From Dimorphilus gyrociliatus (lineage: Eukaryota; Animalia; Annelida), in NCBI GenBank assembly GCA_904063045.1, contig CAJFCJ010000026.1, positions 801,717-865,716 of the forward strand: a stretch of DNA of 64,000 bases. Reading direction: 5' to 3'. Shown one piece after another: positions 58,300 to 64,000 of the stretch. Numbering within the stretch: the first letter of the stretch is position 1; each line of letters begins with the position of its first letter. The notes below the pieces were generated by a model. That model was not told where the DNA came from. It ran no database searches and saw only the letters and a program-made list of their open reading frames with translations. The position numbers and the translations under genes were made by a program.

Positions 58300-59790
58300 G
58301 TTTTGCTCATAAATTTTGATAACGATTGATGACTGACACTGGGCTTGTATTAGTATCGGCATTCAGACAATTTCTGATATTACGTGGACCTTTTATGGGA
58401 ATATTAATCGAACCACTCTTGTATGTTTGTAGGAAAGAAGATATCATTTCTATCTCTTAAAAAGTCACTCTCCCATTAATAACAAATGTAAATCGCTCTT
58501 TCGTTTAAATCCAAATGATCGCTATTCATTATCCTCGGCTCGTAAGAATAACAGACTCTTATAGAGCCTGCAATCAAGAGCATTTTCAAACAGCCTAGAA
58601 AAATTAATATTCAAATTTTCTCATTTAAATTCTTATTAGTCAACTTCCAACAAGACCGAATAAATGTCCATACGAATTTATTTATTAAATATTAAGATTA
58701 GGATTCACGATAAGTTAGTAAGTCTTTGTAAATTCTGCGAGCTGTAATATTTATTTGGTAAAAAGACTATATACGAAAGATTTAAATAAGCTTTCCATAG
58801 TTGAATGAAGTCAGCTTCATTTCAAATATTGAAAGAAAATTTTAAATGTAGATAAAATTTGCCTTCCAATATTTGTGGTGATACTGATGATACTTGTCTA
58901 GGAAAGCATTCACACTTTTATCGTTCCTCTTCAGAATCAAAGTGGATAATAACGTAAAACATCTTGAATTCGGCGATAGAAGCTGGATTCTTAATATCTT
59001 CCCACTGCAATAATTTTCATCATATACAACTACTGGAAAATTATGTATTAGTCGGCATTATATAAACTATGAATATTGAAATGATGCGAATAAATGTTAT
59101 CAAGAACGAGTACCAAGCTATAAACTTTTAAGAGAGTTAAAACAAATAAAATGGCATAAAATATAAGCAAGAAAAAATTAATATTTTTGGCATCATCTTA
59201 AATCATTTCTCTCTGTAATCTTTCATTTATGTTTGTATCCCCCCTAAAATCATCTGGTCTTTATAAGAGATTCGAGTTCGAAATCTAGTTTTAATCGTAT
59301 TACTTCCAATGAAGACTTTTACGCACAAGCAGAAAGTTTTTAGAAGTTGTCTTTGTACATCACTGATTCAAACTGGTTGTTTGTCTGAGCTCACGCTATC
59401 TGTTTTTTGATGGAGATATTTGTGAGGAAAGATGATAAATTATTGAATAGAATGTTGATAACCAACATTATACAGGAAATTTTTAGTTTTTAAACTCTGA
59501 AATAGTTGATTTAATAGACTCCTCATATAACACTTTGAACATAATAATTACCATACAGAAAAGTATAAAAAAGGTGTACATTCTTCAGTTTTATCGTAGT
59601 AATTAAGAAGTTTACATATAGAAATTGCAACAAAATTACCATTGGCTTTATTATACCTTTTGTATTTCGTATTTCATCTAGTTCTGCTTGATATGGTATT
59701 AAGTTTTTTAACATTTCTAAAATCGTCGGCCATCTTGAACTGAAGCAGATGACACACTTCCGTTTCTGGCTATTGAATGCAGTAGAATAT
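58300..59790 (-). pseudogene. Probable decayed multi-exon gene
   Basis: CGGAAGT and AAGATGGC motifs precede ATG GCC GAC GAT (~59729). Coding-like stretches are interrupted by stops. No product recognised. Confidence 0.3.
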
Positions 59791-60252
59791 ACGCATAATG
59801 TGTACATATTATATATACACATAAGGGCACCAAATTATTCAAAACAAATATCAGAATTATATTAAAATGTTCAAATCTACTGAGTCTTGCGACTTTGCAG
59901 TTTTTTTTTCTTGTAGATGATTTCTTGATTGTACTGTATATGTATATCGAATATTTTATAATAATAAAGTTTTCCAAAAGAATTATAATAGGCTGAATTC
60001 TTAAAATCACCTAAGTAGTAACCTTTCAGGAATATTTTAATGAAAGATTTAATAACATGTAAATTAATTAATAAGATTGTTTACCTTTCTCCTGAAAGAG
60101 GTCTACATATTCGATTAATTTCAAGATAGATTGCAGTTTCATTCGAACATCGAGGAGATAGCTGAAAAATGAAATTAAAACAAATAAATTTGAAAGTTTA
60201 GTTCAAAAAGAAAAGACCGTCTCTGGCAGAATCGAATAAAAAACTATATTAC

Positions 60253-60298
<46 letters not shown>
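60253..60298. repeat. (TAT)~15 microsatellite
   Basis: Direct reading. Confidence 0.95.
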
Positions 60299-60301
<3 letters not shown>

Positions 60302-61207
60302 ATCAATAAAATAAGAAATTAAAATACCTTTTATTATTAACTGATTACCGTTCATCCTTATTCTTGAAACATTAGAACATTACACTTATTATAAATAAAA
60401 GAGTACAATTTTCTTGTTTCATTTAATTTTTTATATATTTTGCAAATTAAAACAGTTGCTTCAAATTTACAGGATAACTTTTCTTTTTTCTCATATTTTA
60501 TCATTACTTACATGACTTCTTTTCATCTGATAATGACAATGTCGATTCGGTAGTAGTCCTTACAAGTAGTTGAGTTGTGAAGTCCATTCAAACTCTAAGG
60601 ATCGATTTAGCATTTTTTCTTAAAAATTTAATGATGATATTCGCCGTTTTCATCTCTCTTGTCTGAAATCTGAAATAGAAAATTTACAATCGTCATCACA
60701 ATCACTTTTTGAGGATAGCAGCTATTGTGTCTACGGTATTTCTTTTCTTTCTTCTACAATCTACAGTCCATTCGCCTCTGAGGGAGAAAACGAGCTATTT
60801 ATCTTTTCTAATCATTCCTTATGTAATTGATTCGATAAACCTAGAAAATATTTTTCATTATATTAGTATAAACTATGCTAGAAGACAAAAGAAAATCAAT
60901 TATATCTTTGACAAAAGATTTCTCAGCGGTTGCAATGATCTACAAAATAATAATCATAGAATAACAAACATTACATCTGTTATAGGCACAATTCTATGTC
61001 TGTTTAATGCTTATTCTGTATGGAAACATTTATCTAATATTAATAACATATTACGTATTTTTAAATACATTTTTATCACCTCCAGACCAATATTGTAATT
61101 TTAATTATTTTGGAATAGTAACCAGATTTCTAATTTGTGATGTTAATGAGTAGTTAATAAAGAACATTGAGAGTTGTATCTGCACAATTAGTAAAACGCA
61201 GGAAAAA

Positions 61208-61612
61208 ATGGCTAAAATTTCAACAGAGAAGAGAGCAGAGATAGTTTCATTGACTGAAAAGGGATTCACTCAAACAGCAATCTCTAAGAAACTTGGCATA
61301 TCAAGAGGAAGTGTGCAATATAATTTAAAGAAGTATAACAAGTTTAGTTTCGTTCTTGACAGACCTCGAATTGGACGTCCTAAGAGAATTTCTGAGTATG
61401 ACGAAATAAATTTAATCTCAATTCAGAAGAAACATCCTCATTATTCAGCCAAACAAAGTTACAGCGAATGGAATGTTCGTGATAAATTTAGCTTATCATC
61501 TGCAAAGAAAATTCTCATCAAACATGGCTTGAGAAGCTCTATAATAAAGCGGAGATTAACGAAAAAATCAGGACTTACCAAAAAGAACAAAGAAGTTAAT
61601 AAAAGTTCTTAG
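61208..61612 (+). mobile_element. Tc1-like transposase N-terminal fragment (paired-like HTH)
   Basis: RAEIVSL..G.TQTAISKKLGISRGSVQYNLKKY....DRPRIGRPK. Related to the 14.85 kb copy; truncated before the catalytic domain. Confidence 0.88.
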
Positions 61613-62989
61613 ATATTATCTATTAAGAATCATTTAGTGGAAGTTTTGTTTAATTCTTATAAATTTGTTCTTTTTTATTTATGACTATAAATATTAATAT
61701 ATCTATTATGTTTGGCATTAATTATTAAATTAAGTTAAGAATTTGTTATTCCGAAATGAAAGAAGTACCTTAAATGTCATATTTCAAACTTTCTGAATCT
61801 GTCTGTTTATTAGAATTGAATAAAATTCCTTATAATTCATAAACTATCTGTTTAATCAATCTCCCAGCGATATTAATACCTGAAATGTTTTCTACAACTA
61901 GAATAAAAGAACATGGAAGAAAGAACGTTTTACTCTTTCCTTGAAAAATTACCAAAAATTGAAATAAAAACCTATCATCTGGCATGGATAATTCTTTACT
62001 GACTCTTCTTAACAACCTTCTTCCTTATAAACGCTTAAAAGATCAGTTTTGGCCTCTTAAAGATATTCGGCTATATTTCTTCATAATGCAATGTTACTTC
62101 ATTCATTTTCGCTCAATATAGAAATCTGGCAAGACGATCAATAAGTTTCCTTATTGTAAATTTCCTAAAAGAATTACAATGTTGAAGAATTTCGCTTTTA
62201 TAACACTTCAACACAAACTTATCAAAAAAATATTTCGTGCATAAAAAATATCAAAACACATGACGTATTTCCGTTTCTCGTGTAAGATTATACGAAAAAG
62301 AAAATACGAAACTTTCCTCATATATGTTGTGGCAATAAAGTTATTATTATTTCTCTTATATCTAAAAAGATAAATACGTGTTCGCATCTGACATAACAAG
62401 AAGATGCTTTACTCGAATATCTTTAATGAAACCTACTGAAATAAGCAAAAAAAACAACCTAACAAGAAACTTTTACAAGGATGCAAAGGGAAGTATCGTT
62501 CACGGATCAACATAAGTTCTAGTAAATGGAAATGTCTGCTGTTTAATAATTGTATAAAAACAGGGATAGTTTCAAGCAACAATTGGCTGTTCCAACAAAA
62601 GAAAGATCAACCTAATTTCCCGAGGATTTACATAAGTTCGTTTGTTCTTTTTTTCCATGTTTCATGGGATATTCTTTTCATTTTTCACTCAACAATATTC
62701 TTTTTATCAGGTGTCATTTACGAGTTAGCAATCTACAAAAGTAGGCTTTTAAAGTGTCCAAACTGTATAGCTAATTATCCCATTATTTGACAATAGTAAG
62801 TAAAGCGCGTACAGTCTAGTTAAATCGATATTATATTGTTTTATCACCTTTTTCATATTTAGTTTATCATGATTAAATACCAATAGCCAACAAGCAAAAA
62901 AGGCATTGATGTTCATCTGTTGAATTCTCAAAAGCAGAGCCATAAAGATGTACGAAGACTACATGACTAAAAACCTGTACCAAAGTCCT

Positions 62990-63200
62990 ACACCTACGTC
63001 TAATAGGAGCATTTTGAGACGGAACAAAATTAAAAGACATAAAGACTGACATCCTAGAAGCGTAGAATTGAATGTGATTGAAAATTTGCAGACTCTCAAA
63101 CCATATTTTAGAGACAAAACAAGATCTATGGAAATGGAGTAGAGGAAGAGTTTAATTATATACTAAACTGATATATCAAACATTTGTATAGAAACTCAGC
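62990..63200 (+). mobile_element. Tc1-like C-terminal relic (15.5 kb family)
   Basis: LRRNKIKRHKD*HPRSVELNVIENL and VEEEF..YIKHLY align with 15500-15690. Confidence 0.75.
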
Positions 63201-63299
63201 AATATTAATGGATCATGTATTTTTTAAAACGGCATTGAAGAATGTTTATATTCTTTGGTAATGTTGAGAAAGCGTTAACCAACGACGTTGAATCTAGAA

Positions 63300-63720
63300 T
63301 GTCCAAGAGATGGCGTTGCATTAGGTGAAAACGTAAAGAGTTGTTCAATGTTATTAGAAAAAGGAGTTTTTGTCATGAAAATATTATTAAAACGACCAAG
63401 GAGATTATGGCAAAAGTGATATTAAAAGGATAAGCTTGTAAGATTAATGATCACATCATTTATCATCTTGGAATTTCTTGGAAATTCTCTTATCAAGTGT
63501 GAAAATCGTATTTAGAATCGAAAATTTAGAAGTGAACCATTTTTATATACTGTAAATTGATATTTATTTAAACGAATCTCTTTGATTATGATTCTCATCA
63601 TAATTGTTTTGTTCATCTTTCAGAAGTGTTGGGGAAGAGAGAAGCTCTAGTAATGGTGCACATTAAGGTATCACTGGACTCTTGTCAACTTGCTATCGCT
63701 GTATACAGTGACTACAAAAG
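63300..63720 (+). pseudogene. Possible ankyrin-repeat gene relic
   Basis: ENVKSCSMLLEKGVFV resembles the second half of an ankyrin repeat, and an AG..GT-bounded exon lies at ~63626-63720. Stops present. Confidence 0.2.
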
Positions 63721-64000
63721 GTAATTGTTAGCATCTATGAAAATGACTAGAAAGGTAATTTTTTAAAATTCTAGTTCTTAATAGTTTCATAATTGTATAA
63801 AGTTACAAGGGAATAGTAACCTTACGGAGAAATTTGATCAAAAAATGCATCGAAAAAGTCGAAAGATAAGTGGAGATCGCCTAGATTTTCTCTTTAAAGT
63901 TACGTAAAAATTAACGTAACGCACAAAGACTTTGTAAATGACGCTGTGCTTAGAGCAGAAGTGCCATTTCATAGTCGGAGATTTAAACTTCTAAGAATCT

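Noticed and set aside
60709-61098. 129-aa ORF (also 39987, 50577, 59523, 59717)
   Set aside because: AT-rich I/F/N/K-biased frames with no domain or splice support; likely chance.

Overview
Eukaryotic, AT-rich (roughly 30% GC by eye) metazoan DNA with short 50-72 nt GT-AG introns. It suggests a compact invertebrate genome, but the species cannot be called from the sequence. Positions ~1-38.6 kb are a transposon graveyard. It holds relics of two BEL/Pao LTR-retrotransposon lineages, including a near-full but defective copy at 31.9-36.5 kb. It also holds Tc1 (DD34E and DD35E) and mariner relics, small MITEs, a patchwork of near-identical short duplications in both orientations, and about ten or more decayed copies of an unidentified coding module that travels with one Pao lineage. 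Positions ~39-64 kb are compact genic DNA. They contain a THAP gene, a ~2.1 kb array of 67/68-bp satellite units, two MADF-BESS genes flanking an HTH-psq/CENP-B-N gene, two intact orphan genes, several decayed spliced genes and more Tc1 debris. I saw no rRNA, tRNA or CRISPR. The best candidate for something undescribed is the architecture around the Pao lineage-B ends: a pyrimidine tract where the PPT should be, a 228-bp box bounded by inverted repeats, a conserved cryptic ORF region, then a second hairpin-bearing LTR-like unit. All alignments and translations were done by eye, so identities are estimates and relic boundaries are approximate.
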